A DNA stretch of 64,000 nucleotides from Pavona decussata (GCA_977016875.1 CDRNST010000233.1:1178001-1242000); one strand, 5' to 3'. Counted from the stretch's first letter, positions 24,301-36,040 are shown. The notes: generated by a model not told the origin, from the letters alone. Numbers and translations: made by a program.

Positions 24301-27011
24301 TTTGTTCGACACGCCGGGTATTTTTTGTAAACACTGATCAATTTTTTTCTCCCTACTGTGCGAACGCTCATCATCTCCTTCGCTCCAAAAGACGGAATCG
24401 TCCTCAAAACAATCATTCCGGATTCCATCAGGACTGTAACGTTGCTCCGAGCTACTGGTATTTTGTGGATCGTCCCTCAAATTGGGAGATGTCGAAGTGC
24501 ACGTCGCAGTTCCAATGTCGTGAAAGGACGTCTCACTTTCACTGCTGAGAATATTTGCGTACTCCAAAAACAATTCAGAAACTTGTCGCCCCATACTCGG
24601 GCTTGGAGGCCAGTTTTCTTCTGTGTAAGCGTCGACGGAAATGATGTCTTTGTTTAACTCGGGGCACGAACTCGAAGCCAAAGATACCGCTCCGTCTTTT
24701 GACAAATCGTCGTTCGAAGCGGACGTGTCCGACGAGGGGTACACATTGACAACGTTGACAAAACGCCGAAACTGGGGATCCAATCGAGAAACATACGACG
24801 TTGGGGACTTGGACATTTGGATTTCTTGAATCTGTTGGGCCCAATGCAAAGGTCACAAGGCAGTTAATCAAACTGTGAATTCCATCTATTCTGTTTTCGC
24901 ATGGCGTGTGTACGGCTGCGTGAGGGATTTACAACGTTTACAATTCCACGCCAATCATCTATCAACCGGTTTTATGGTCTCGTGTTAAGTACGCACAAAC
25001 AGCATACACTGTGCAAACATCGTCAGACAGTTTGATAGGCAGAAGTGTTCATTATTCCAGCAGCAGACAAATACTTAAAATTTTTGAATAAATCTGACGA
25101 CGTTTACTAGCTGAACGGAATTTGCAGAAATTTCTCGACAAACTTACACGAAACGTTTCCGAAAAATTGTTATTTCAATAACGCATTGAAGGCTAACAGT
25201 TTGTCAAATTTTACCGTCGCAAGTTATGTCGAGCTCAGCAATGATCTTATGTTTTTTGTCAGTCTGCAGCCTTCAAGACGCCCACAAATGGTTCAAATGA
25301 CGTGGGGGCCGACAAGATTATTTTTCAAAACAATACACCAATTATACGTGAAACATAATTCGCTCAGAAAGCTAATTTCGGCTCCACTCGAACATAAACA
25401 AGACAAAACAATTATTAACTCCTCAGGTAGTTTTTCTTGTTATGAAACTCAAATAGCAAAAACACTCCATCTTTGCTGCTTATACAAGTCCCATTAGCTT
25501 TGAGTTGCGAAATAATGTTTAATTGCAAAGATTAAATTCTGTTTGTAAATCTTTTTCGTTCATTCGGAAGCAATTGGTTGTCCTAGTAATTCAGTTCAAT
25601 GACCTTTTTCACAGCGAATTTTCGCGAAACGATTTCCTGAATAATCCATCAAATTTTTCATTATAAAAATCACGAGAATTCGCTTCAAATAAAAAGAAAG
25701 CACATTAGTTGTAGTCGCAAATGGAAAGAGTTTAAGTTGGACAGACATAAAAATCGAATTATAAAACGCGACATGTCAAATGCCTTATCCCTGATTAGTG
25801 AACGATAATGAAGCTGGAACCTTATACCCTTGAGCAGTGCATACTTTTATAGTCTAATAACTTTGCACGAGACAGTTTCTAAATTTAGTTCAAGCTTTGT
25901 GTATCTTTACGTGCAAAATTAAGCAATGCAGTGTAGACGTCAAGGAAAAGGAAAACACTCCACAACCACATCTGTTCAACACTATAACGCGCAAACAAAC
26001 CTATTTCCCCTACTTCGCTTGGCAAGTAGCAATTATTCACCATAGTTTTTCATGTCAAAGTCTCGATAAGAAACATTCAGTGATAAAAATTTGCATTTTT
26101 AATATGCAAACTCACGCCGTGTTGACACAGAAAAACACACATAAGAGTAGTAAATGGCAAGACAGTTGTGTTTTGTCATCTCATGATGTGGGGTTAGAAA
26201 TTGATGTCAACTCAAACTCATTCTTTTAGTCCTTTGAAGGTTGCATGTCTCAGGATATGGGAATGAGCGATACCAGAAGGCGGAAAAAGCTTGTATTTGG
26301 ATTATTATTGTACGCACGACGGGAAGGTCCCATTCACACCAAAACATTTTCAAAAGTTTGGATTTCCATTGAAAAACAAGTAAACGTTCTGCTTCCACAT
26401 GACCATTTTTAGACCGTTTTTTCCGCCCACACAAGGACGGCACGAACATGAAACCTATACAAGCGATAAACCGCACTTCTGTATACGTAATATCAGTCGA
26501 CAAGTCGTTCTTTTCGCTGTCCACACAGTCTGCATTGTTACGCTGTCCAGGCGGATGCGTTTTGGGAAGACTACACGCTGAAAAACGGCCGTTTTATTGA
26601 AGTTGGTGTTTTCAATGCGCATTCGTATGGACGGAAATGGAAACGCAAAGAAAAGTTTCCGGTTTCAAACGCATCCGTGTGGACGGGGCCTCTGAAGTCT
26701 TCAAAGAACAAATCACATGACTGCAGTCAGTTTGCTCCATACCAGGCTAAGGATAAGGTAAGGGAGATTCTGACTGGTGCCGTATGGCGATATTCCACTC
26801 CATTCACTTCGCGTCAAATGGGGGATCGGGATAAAGATTGCCTGCGGTACGGGACGAAATAAACTTATATAATCACACCAACGACCAACTGAGAAAGCTG
26901 CTCTCCTCGCCAACCCTCTCCACTCCACTGACACACAAATTCACACGCTTCCCGCTTATAATAATAATTCTACTACTAGTAATACTACTACTACTACTAC
27001 TAAAAATAATA

Positions 27012-27049
<38 letters not shown>

Positions 27050-30000
27050 AATCTTACTAAAGATTTTTATACGCATTTTAAGATGAAAATTAGCGATAAG
27101 AAAATCCGAAGTTTCAGAGACTCCATGTCGTTACTATCAATGAATATGCAAGGTAAGCTCATACAATGACGACATGGGAGTAGGATTTTGAAACGAAACG
27201 TAACATTTTGCTTTGGTTCTCGTGCCACTTTCGCAACCAATAAGAATAAAACTTGAAAGCAACCGTGAATATTTCGCACGCGTTTTCCCGCGCCTGGCGC
27301 CCCTCTTACATATCAAATTCTAATTGGTTCATTGCGCTGTTTAGGTCTGTTTTGATTAACCAGAGTAATTACTTTGGTTTTGGTTCCACGACACTCAACA
27401 ACATGCAAGCGAGCAACATCTTCGCATTTCCTTTCGGTGGAGCGCCAAAGTAAAAGAGATTGCGGTGGTCTAAACCTACCGTGCCCTCTCTTTCTTTTCC
27501 ATCGCCGTTTGAGCTTGAAGTTGGTTCACGTAACTTTTCGTGTCTTCTAAGGAGCTGACGGAAGAACTCAACATCTCTTCCAGGTACACCGTTTTCTGAG
27601 TGGATCATAAAATTAAAACTGTGTCAGTAGCGTTGCCATTGTAAGTAGCTCAACTCTACAACGAACAGATAAAGTCGTCCCTCTTCCTATGGAAAGTTAC
27701 AGGAGCATGCACCTTTTAACGAAGAATTTTTAGTAAAATTCGGCGAGAATGGTTATTTGGGAGAACTGCTGTCACCTTTTTAAGATTCTTGTGCTAGAAA
27801 ATATTCCGGAAGGGAGGCTTTGGAAGGGATTCTTATTGTCGAGCCCTTTTTTCGATTCGCGCTGGCTGCTTTAGCAAATTTCCTACGTGGCCTTTTGACC
27901 CCTGCTCCCAATCCCAGAAAGAAAAGTTGAAACAGTGCTTTTCCATGTTACCATATAATAGTCCGAGGCAACATTTGCTAAGGGGAGCACTGTAATTGGC
28001 TCTTGTTGTAGTGGCTCCCCTGCCTGAATGTCTTCTGTGTAGCTATTTCAAGGGGAGCTCAAAAAATAAATAAATAAATAAATAAATAAACAGCTGGCAC
28101 TACTTTGGTCTACTTTTTTTTGCCGTTAGGGAACTTTGCGACACTTACCGACTACAAGCATAACATTGTTCCCACATACTAAAATAATTTTTAAAAATAC
28201 AATTCTGTATTTTAATAGAAAACTATCCCGTGATAAAGACCCATTTAGTGTACGAGAAGAGTTTAAATCAGTACCCAAAGCGCAAAAATTCCTGGCGTAG
28301 TCCCTTTAAAAGTGTTCACATGTTTGTACTGCACGCTGTGAGCGAAGCACGTACGATGCCTTTTGACATCTCCTAGAAATCCATAAATCTCAAGTCATCT
28401 TTTGCCGCTCTTGTACTAACCTGATAAAGTTTTTCGTTTTCACTCTTTATGTCTTGTTCCGTGTAATTTTTCTTTTGAATTTCTTCTTCCAGCTAAAAAC
28501 AAACAAATCAACAAACAGAATAACTAGTGACATTATAACTGCTCTGCATTTTTCCATTTTATATGGTCGCATTTAAAGTTTCAGCTTTGCTGTAGTTAGT
28601 TTAAAAGCCGCTTTGTTCTGCGGGGGTCATGCGGGGGCAAATACATGACTTTATTTAGTGGGCCACAGCGTTACTAAGCCTCAGCGAGCCCAGTTTAGCT
28701 GGCTATTTTATGCCGGGCAATAGAAAACAAAGTTGTTCTACAGCTCTATAACAACTATTGTAATATTATGTAATTCACTGACCGACTTCTGCTTTTGTAA
28801 AAGATGTTGCATCTCTAGTTCCTTGCTTTCCAGTTCTCGGATCAGCTCATCTTTCAAAGCTTTTTCTCGTTTTATTTGCTGAAAACAACACACAAGCACT
28901 CTGTTAGTTAACGCTTTCATTTCCAAGACAAACTAAACTCAGAAATTATTCAAGAAAAATCTCAAATTCAATTCTCTAATATTTAAACACTGACAAACAG
29001 ATGGCACCATAGGGAAGCACATATCCCAGTGGGGTTAGCACTCAGTGATAGGTCAAGCCTGAGAATTTTCTCCAAAAAAGATCTCTAGTCTGTAATGAGG
29101 TATATAGACCTAGACACACAATGTGTATGCATTTATACCAACCCTCCTGGAATATCCAGGAGTTCCCCAGTTACAGAACAAATTTCCTCGTCTCCTGTAT
29201 GACTCCGGTACCAAATCTTCCAGATGAAAGCCATTTTTAATGCTTTCTCTATAATCAACTAAAACTTCAACATCAAATTTTCTTACAATTATCCTCCAAA
29301 TTTTGGTTTTCCTTTTATTTAGGTTACATTTCTTGGGCACACCTTTTACCCAATCTGTTACAACGCTAATACGAAAACCCTTGGAAATGGGGTACTAGAT
29401 TTTAAGGGGAGGGGATGGGATGGGTTGGCTGGCCATTTTGGAGGGCTGGTGCGTACAAGGAGAGGTGGCCGGGTTGGTGATGGGGACTGGCCCTAAAGAA
29501 AAAAAAAACAGAATTCAGACCACCACAGGTTATCTCTTATCTACAGGAATCTCTGACTATGGAAAGCCAGGCCTGATATGTGGGCAGGGAAATGTCCCTC
29601 CCCCACCCCCAAGAAATTAAGGGACTTGCAGTATTACAACCTCCCTGATGGGATGCCAGCTCTTTGCAGCATTATCCCACAGAATATGAAAAGCCTGGAC
29701 TCTGAAGCCCAGAGAGTGATCAGGATCAAATTTCTCCTCACAATATCACATGATCCAACTCAGTCAGTGCATGAGACAAATGGAAAAGATCAACTAGGTA
29801 AAAGTTTTACGCAAAGTTTCATGCAATAATGATGGGATTAAATACTGAGATCCTGCATTGTCTTCAATTCATACAGCAACACATTGTGATCAAGTTAAAA
29901 ATACATTGAAATTTTGAGTTGTCATATTTTCAAACCACAATGACCAACACCTTTCATGACAAGAAATTTCACTTCATTAATTCTTTCTCTTCAACCAAAG

Positions 30001-33000
30001 GTCATGATTACTTTATGAGCATTATTAAATCAGGGATGCTGAACCCATTTATGCAGTCAAATAAGTGAAACATTAGATAAGTGCCAGAGGGCTATTTGGT
30101 TCAAAAACTATTTAATTAATATTTAATTAACCTTTATAAGTGTCACACCTCATTACATTAAATTATTATAATTTTTAACCTTTTATAATTGTCATACCTC
30201 ATTATGAATTCTCTCTTTCTCAGTTCTAATTTGTTGCTCCATCTCCTCATATAACCTTTGGACTTCTTTGTCATGAGAGTTTGATTTACTGCGATAAAAC
30301 AAACAAGAAATATGAAAGACTTATAAATGCTGAGAAGAGTTTAGGACACAAATGTGGAATTCTAGGAGCATAATTAATTAAGTAATTAGTTTTAACTTCA
30401 GCACAATTTTGATCCAAAAACATACAAATGACAATATAATAACCCTCTAACAGGCTGTATGTATAACTGGAATTAGCCTGGGTACAACTGCCCACACACA
30501 TCAAGCAAATCGGAATTAAGTTGAGGAAAGCAGGCTACTGCATACAGGATACCTAGCCAGGATAAATCAGCATTTACTATTCTTGAGAAATAATAATTGT
30601 TAAAGAAACCTCTTACTGAATTAATTATCTGATGAATCTTGCCAACATACAAATTCATGATATAACTTGTATTTTGATGTTCTGTGCCTCAAAAATTATC
30701 ACTGATTACAAGGAACTGTGATTCTAACTCCATGAAATATTGTATCTATTTGGATGAATTAGGCTTTTGCTCAAATTCTAACATCTAAAACTTAACACAT
30801 GTTTAATTTAAATGTTTCATTGATTTCAAACCTCAAAATACCTCCTCTTTCTCCCCACTCACATTCTAAATTTGAATAATTTCAAGATATTATAATAAAA
30901 CTGTTATAAACCACTTTTCAATATTTTTCTGTTTCCAAAATGTATGCCATGACAAAAGAAATGCATAAGTTGACCCTATTTTGAGAACAAATGGACAATC
31001 TCCCATTACATAGACAAAACTATAATATTGCTTTTCACAAAACAACTTAAAATTTAAATATTTTGGCTGTAAAAGAAGAAGCTTGCTCAAACAATAAACA
31101 GAACTAATAGTTTGTCTTCTATAAATAATTATAATTCATTAGTAGATAAGCAGGCTATTAGTAAAAGTGACCAAACTGAACCAGGATACTTGATCATTAA
31201 GAAGGAAAAGGAGAGGCTTATAATGTTATATAAAATGTATAATGATCTGGTAGACTTGGCTCTAAAAGCTACCTCCTGCCAGCAGGGCACCAAAGCCACC
31301 AGCACTCTGAAAGTACCTGCAATTTATTTTCCTTTTTCCGTAAGACAACAAGGGAAGGGAACACCTTACCACTGGATGTAATTGAGTCGGATTCTGTTTC
31401 TCCTTTCAAAGTTAAACTGGAAAAATTGACCTTAATTTACTTATTATTCTTAACTTATTGTAATGACTGCTGACCACATGTGAAAATCTTCTGTACAGAA
31501 GAAGACATGTATATGGAAAGAAAAAGAAAGAAAGAATGTGAAGTATTTTACATACCTTTTCAGGGCACTCTCGAGTTGCTCGGATTCTACTTTAGCTCGT
31601 CGAATCTCGCCCGAAACTTTGCCTAAAAACTCCTCGAATTTCTGCAATCCGCGCACGTCGTTTTTCCGAAGGGCTTCCCATAAGTCGCGCAGCTGGTCTT
31701 TGGTCAGAGATCTAGCACAGGAGAATTACCGGTAATAATCTTAAGTGCAATCGCTTAAAAGGATTAAAGATCTTGTTGATAAGATTAATACCCCAGCAAA
31801 TTGCCCCGTTTAAAAAGTCTTGAATTAAAATCACCAAGGGGCGATTTTTTTTCCTGCCAGGTGTGAAGGATTGTTGTTTGTCTACACCTCGCTGCCTGAT
31901 CGCTGTCAGCACATTTACATCGCGAATATGAAATGCGCTAATTAAATATAAAGGAAAATAATAATTCGACAGAGCTTGCCAGAAATACTTTGTCGTTGCG
32001 TTTAGACGTTCAAAGGGTTTAACGGAAAAAGATTATTGCCTTTTTTTCTTCAAACAATATGACAAAAGTCCAGCTACTTTGTTTGGTCTGATGTGCAGTC
32101 GAATAATAAATGTTTACAATACGGACTTGAATAATTATAACCAAGATTTTTCCGCTTTTTTGTTAACGATGATTTTATAAGTACGCTAAATACCTTTGAG
32201 TGCAATAAAAGCAAAGAATAATGTATTACAGATCCCATCCCTAAAAAAAGTAGTGTAATATGATATCGAACGTCCGATCGTCTGTTCGAAAATGGATTCA
32301 AAATCTCGCTGAATTTTTTGCGGGAAAATACAGATGTAAACAAACATTCACTTCCTAACCCCGGGGGATTTGGTAGAAAGCGACAGCAGCACTTAACCAG
32401 TTTCATAACAGCTGAAGAGAATTTCCACAACCAAGAACGTCAGAAAACGCGGTTAAAAGATATAAGTGCCCGTAATCATAACAATAATAACCCTCAGCTG
32501 TTATTGTAAGCCAGCCAAGGCGCCAAATTTGATATGCCTAAGTACAAACATGACACCATATTAAAATCAAAGCAGGATCGGTGTGGGCTTAAAAAGCACA
32601 ATCCACAAAACCGATAGCGGATCAAATTGTTACCCCGTGAAAATGTCTTCTCCGACGCTTTCCACAATTTCCCGAAACAGCGCATCTTCCGAAGGGTGAT
32701 TTGGTGATGCTAGGCCAGTCTCCAAACTTTCGAAGATATCCAGCTCCGCGTGTCCATTGTCCTTCGTGAATCCATCGCTCAAATCATGTTTCGACGAGTC
32801 AAATTCTGTCGAGCCGTTACCTTCGTCCAGAAACGTCCCAAATCCTTCGACAAATTCATCCATAGTTAATTGACCGTTTTTATCGATGTCTAGCTTATCG
32901 AAGATAAAATCAAGTTGCTCAAAATTCAAGTTTAAGTCTTCGGCGACCCGCTCCAAATCTGCCTTGGTGATGTATCCCTTCCCTTCAGGGTCGCACAAGA

Positions 33001-33319
33001 AAAACAGCTCTCGACCAGGGTCGCTGATTGACGTGATTTCCTCCAGTTCGCTTTGGCTTTCATCGTCCGAGCGTATGCCCAGGAAAAGCCCAAAACCTGC
33101 TGTGAACTCCTCTAAAGTCAAGTAGCCATTCTGATCTTCATCGAGTTCATTGAAAGTCTGCTTAACTTGCGCTGCATCCAGAGGCAGGCCAAGTTCCGCG
33201 ATCACACTCTGTAATTCATTCTTGGTAATATAACCTTTGCCGTCGTGGTCACATAAGTTGTAGAGCTCTATCGCTCGCTCCTTTAAAACCGTTTTCAGCT
33301 GATCTGGGTCTTCGGCCAT
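5304..33319 (-). CDS. CRACR2A: Large Rab GTPase gene, CRACR2A/EFCAB4B (Rab46)-like or RASEF (Rab45)-like: 4 EF-hands, coiled coil, acidic linker, Rab domain, C-terminal CC; ~893 aa
   Basis: GT-AG, phase-consistent exons: 33319-32634, 31711-31556, 30288-30198, 28878-28783, 28492-28421, 27595-27480, 17018-16947, 16760-16703, (15968-15957), 14792-14745, 12933-12788, 11694-11599, 10758-10613, 9926-9813, 9334-9183, 8438-8279, 7802-7721, 7240-7126, 6487-6377, 6232-6156, 5391-5304. Family motifs: [92 protein letters not shown]2A versus RASEF orthology is not resolved without a tree. Confidence 0.88.
6156..6232 (-). CDS. CRACR2A: Rab domain exon: G5
   Basis: [25 protein letters not shown]; GTAAGT donor. 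Confidence 0.9.
6268..6333. repeat. (AATC)n(AGTC)n compound microsatellite
   Basis: Direct reading. Confidence 0.9.
6377..6487 (-). CDS. CRACR2A: Rab domain exon: G4 (SKVD)
   Basis: [37 protein letters not shown]. Confidence 0.9.
6625..6830 (+). mobile_element. tRNA-derived SINE
   Basis: A-box-like GCAGTGGTGAG, B-box GGTTCGATTCC, then a non-tRNA body (TGTGGGCTGAGTTTGT...TTTTCTCCGGGTACTCC). Confidence 0.7.
7126..7240 (-). CDS. CRACR2A: Rab domain exon: switch II / RabF
   Basis: [38 protein letters not shown]. Confidence 0.92.
7721..7802 (-). CDS. CRACR2A: Rab domain exon: G3
   Basis: [28 protein letters not shown]. Confidence 0.92.
8279..8438 (-). CDS. CRACR2A: Rab domain exon: P-loop and switch I
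   Basis: [25 protein letters not shown]...FTATI; tandem CAGCAG acceptor. Confidence 0.92.
9183..9334 (-). CDS. CRACR2A: Large Rab gene pre-Rab linker exon
   Basis: [12 protein letters not shown]...[21 protein letters not shown], resembling the SSPRGQPVGK motif of CRACR2A; GTAAGT donor. Confidence 0.85.
9813..9926 (-). CDS. CRACR2A: Large Rab gene acidic linker exon
   Basis: [21 protein letters not shown]...GAAA; GTGAGT donor; phase 1-1. Confidence 0.8.
10613..10758 (-). CDS. CRACR2A: Large Rab gene linker exon
   Basis: [18 protein letters not shown]...CVQPT; phase 2 to 1. Confidence 0.8.
10907..11025. repeat. Imperfect inverted repeat (~54-bp arms), MITE-like
   Basis: GGAGCAGATAGTTGGGTCGGAAGGAAGTCAAAACGGGTAAGTTTACAAGAACGA versus reverse complement GGGGCAGATAGTTTGGTCAGGAAAAAGTCAAAATGTCTAAGTTTATGAGAACGA. 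Confidence 0.7.
11599..11694 (-). CDS. CRACR2A: Large Rab gene linker exon (symmetric, 96 nt)
   Basis: [31 protein letters not shown]; GTAAGT donor; phase 2-2. Confidence 0.75.
12788..12933 (-). CDS. CRACR2A: Large Rab gene linker exon
   Basis: [48 protein letters not shown]; phase 0 to 2. Confidence 0.8.
13040..13560 (+). repeat. Degenerate ~105-110 bp satellite-like tandem repeat (~5 units)
   Basis: GAGTCTGTGGATGAAATCCT...AAGTGTGA...GCAGTA.TTTCCTGTGGT..TGTTTATTA..CTGTACAAGGTGGTTCTAAC recurs at ~13040, 13153, 13261, 13366, 13457. Confidence 0.8.
14640..14704. repeat. Perfect palindrome, 32-bp arms around a single C
   Basis: TTTTTAGGTAATAAATCGGTTTAGAGCATTTA-C-TAAATGCTCTAAACCGATTTATTACCTAAAAA. 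Confidence 0.92.
14745..14792 (-). CDS. CRACR2A: Large Rab gene 48-nt linker exon
   Basis: [16 protein letters not shown]; CAG acceptor, GTAAGA donor; phase 0-0. Confidence 0.75.
15957..15968 (-). CDS. Candidate 12-nt microexon (MLMA) of the large Rab gene
   Basis: TTCTTCACAG|ATGCTAATGGCT|GTATGT; frame-preserving in a phase-0 intron. Confidence 0.5.
16703..16760 (-). CDS. CRACR2A: Large Rab gene exon 8
   Basis: [19 protein letters not shown]; GTAAGC donor. Confidence 0.88.
16947..17018 (-). CDS. CRACR2A: Large Rab gene exon 7
   Basis: [23 protein letters not shown](R); strong TTCTCTTTGTAG acceptor; phase 2-2. Confidence 0.88.
17636..24831 (-). CDS. Giant (~7.2 kb) alternative coding exon in intron 6 of the large Rab gene: ~2400-aa disordered region with KECQT motif array
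   Basis: Part of uninterrupted ORF 17182..24849 (2555 codons). Phase-2 donor GG|GTATTT at 17636 matches the phase-2 acceptor of exon 7. 5' end is either a CAG acceptor (exon start 24831, phase 0) or the first ATG at 24816. No transposase or RT motifs. Confidence 0.75.
18400..19260 (-). repeat. Coding tandem repeat, ~132 bp / 44 aa, ~7 units
   Basis: GTTTG(A/G)C anchors at 19223, 19091, 18959, 18845, 18713, 18581, 18452 (spacings 132, 132, 114, 132, 132, 129). Confidence 0.85.
26960..27050. repeat. (TAA)/(CTA)/(ATG)n trinucleotide microsatellite
   Basis: Direct reading; the source of the spurious poly-M/poly-I ORFs. Confidence 0.9.
27480..27595 (-). CDS. CRACR2A: Large Rab gene exon 6 (coiled coil)
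   Basis: [38 protein letters not shown](R); phase 0 to 2; joins exon 7 as a continuous helix. Different frame from the ORF-track call 27369..27608. Confidence 0.82.
28421..28492 (-). CDS. CRACR2A: Large Rab gene exon 5 (coiled coil)
   Basis: [24 protein letters not shown]; phase 0-0; GTTAGT donor. Confidence 0.85.
28783..28878 (-). CDS. CRACR2A: Large Rab gene exon 4 (coiled coil)
   Basis: [32 protein letters not shown]; TTTCAG acceptor, GTCAGT donor. Confidence 0.85.
30198..30288 (-). CDS. CRACR2A: Large Rab gene exon 3 (coiled coil)
   Basis: [30 protein letters not shown]; CAG acceptor, GTATGA donor. Confidence 0.88.
31556..31711 (-). CDS. CRACR2A: Large Rab gene exon 2
   Basis: TAG acceptor; [18 protein letters not shown]...LESALK; donor GTATGT; phases match neighbours. 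Confidence 0.85.
32634..33319 (-). CDS. CRACR2A: Large Rab gene exon 1: two EF-hand pairs
   Basis: ATG at 33319. Loops [48 protein letters not shown]. Phase-2 donor GG|GTAACA. Confidence 0.9.
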
Positions 33320-36040
33320 TGTTTAAACCACATCGACAAAATCCAAGCCATACAAATGCGCAGTCTGGTGTTAATATGCTGAAAAATCCCTTTGCGCTTG
33401 AACCAACAACGGCCGTCTCAATATCGTCCCAACATTTTGTCTCAGCGCAATACTCGACGATAATAAATTAACCCGTCCGGTTTGGAAGTTCTATTAAACT
33501 GAATAATTATGCAAAGTCGTTTCAATTTCTTTTTACAGTGTTGACTTTCGACTCATCACAATTTTACCAATATGCATGCATGCCCTAACAGTCAGCTACC
33601 TAGATACGTGCCAAAAGGTACTCTCTAGGGAGGGAGGGGGGCGCAATATCAACCAGCCCGGGGAATCTTCCCGAAGCCGTGACGTTCTAAATCAAACATC
33701 TTAAAAGAAGCATGGATTACCGAATCAACAATCTAAGGAATGCTAATCCCTACCAGAAAAATAAAATATTGCTATTAATTGCATTTGTGTTTAATGGCGC
33801 AGCACAGTGCTATGTTTTATTCATATCGGTGTGTTAATGTTGCTGTGAGCGAAAATCACTTCAGCCGGACATGAAACAACCGTGAATGTTTTGTTTTCCG
33901 TAGTTCATTTTAGCCGCCAACAGGCGAAAAAAAAATGTGATTAGCTTTATTGTAGTACTTTTTGACGGTCTTGTAAAATCGAATATAGTTCAGTTCTCCA
34001 TTTTCACGTCAAAAATAGTTACTAACCCACTCAAAATATCGGCCTATATTGGCTTTGCCTAGCATTGTTACGTAAGGGACGAGAAAAACGTCATCCATTA
34101 AAAAATCAGTTTTAATGTAAATAGCCAGTTCAGCAGGTTTAATAATTTATATAAATATCATGTAGCAAATAAACTATTAGTGTGTGAGTGTGTGTGTCTC
34201 GAGTCCAGTTGCAGAATATGAAGCTAAGGGGGTTAATTAAAATGAAATCATATTACTTGCCCCGGTTTATGCCTCGTTAGTTATATCAGCTTATATCGGA
34301 TCGTTTTCTCGGTCGCGACCCATATTTCTCCTCTAAAATTAACCCGCTTAACATATGCTCACGATCCCAACCGTTTCCGTGAGAAAAATAACAGAGTTTG
34401 TCCTTGAACAAAAAAATAAATTGAGTGACATCTTGGCATCTTGGATGACATTTAAACTCAACAAGAAATAAAACGACTGCATTTTAAGTAGAGAGAAAAC
34501 AATGTGGTTCCCTTGGTTTTAAATGACCTATGTCAATAATTTAAAACACACACACGATTCGCTATTGTTTTTTTTTTTTTTTTTACAAAACCGGATAGAA
34601 GAGGGAAAGGTCATTGTCTCCTTGATTTTTTTTTCCGCCAAAAAATACTATCACGTACGTACGTCAGCGCGTATGACGTGCGCGTGGGCATGTGTACCGC
34701 GGACATTATTTTACTTATTTTTCAGATTAATGCCAACAGTACTAGTATCCAGTAAGTTGTTTTTTTCTTTACAAAAATCGGGGTTTTTTTCCTGCATATA
34801 AAAGGATCGGAATTATGTTCCCCTGCTCCCAAAAACCTTCCTTGCTATACCAAACAGCAAACCAAACCAAACCAAACCAAACCGAGAGGTTTTTGCTTTG
34901 GTAGAAATGTTTGCCACGAGAAAGGTGTCTATTAGCCGAAGACAAGAGAGGATGAGGTAAAAACAGTGGAAGGGAATAAAACAACAGAGCATAAACTTTC
35001 AGTCCTTAAGATTGCTGTAGGGCAAATGAATCGCGAACTTTAATATGATTAGCGAAGATATTTTCTTGGTCATGAATAGATATTGGCAATCAACAATAAA
35101 TCTAAGAGCATGAAATGCAAGCAAACAAAAAGCTTTCTGGACCGTGCCTCCTCCCGTCTTGCTACTGAGCGCACGTTCTGCGCATCTCGAGATGGACGGT
35201 GCGTACAAATTGAAAGGTATTTTTGCGCCGTGTATGACTATGCGAGATGAGAAGAATCTTAGTAAGTGTTTTTGAAATCTGAAAAGAAAACTGGGGGTAA
35301 CTATAGGGATTTTTCAGGGATAACCAAGCTTCAACTGAGAAAAAAAAATTCATACATTGTTTTGTAATTTTTAACAGCATTATTGTCGCTTAATTATCTC
35401 TGTAAAATGCAAAGTTACCCCCGATTTTCTTTTCGGGTTTAAAAAACCCTTCCTAAGATCTTCTTTGCCCACATAGTTATAAACTGCACTACCCTGGGTA
35501 CCAGAGGTTATTTTTTTTCGCGAGACAACGGGCGCCAACGGGCCCGGCTTCTGGAGCCAGGGTAAACTGGGCAAAACTACATTTCTATTAGGGGCACCGT
35601 CCTGATCAATATCGATTTGTCTCTTTACAATATACTGCTGGGGGTTTATATCAGTTGTAAGTTACAGATTAATGTATAGTTCGGGAAACACAAGGCTGAA
35701 AGGAGGATAAGGCGGGGGAACCAACCGATCAGATTTCAGACTAAAGACCAACAGTCTTTCACATTAACGTGCAGGGTGCCGAAAAAATTAAGTCACCCCT
35801 TCTTGTTACTACCACGTCGTGGATACTTAAACACTCAAAATTCCTAATATAATATATTTCAATCAGCCCCAAAGTGCCAATTAGGCATTCCGTCTCCAAG
35901 GACTGATCCAGCCCTTTGGCGGGAGCAGTGCAATCTGAAACGTCCCCTTCAAAACCGCATTACAACCTCATTCAGAGTCCCTGGCTGCATTTCAGGGCTT
36001 AGCTGATAAGAATTTTCCTGAACCAAATTGGCCCGAAAAA

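Noticed and set aside
17182-24849. Giant ORF as a retrotransposon or viral polyprotein
   Set aside because: No RT, integrase, protease, endonuclease or transposase motifs; no LTR/TIR; disordered S/E/K/D-rich composition; in-frame splice to the host exon.
26838-27086. Poly-Met / poly-Ile ORFs
   Set aside because: Translations of trinucleotide microsatellites.
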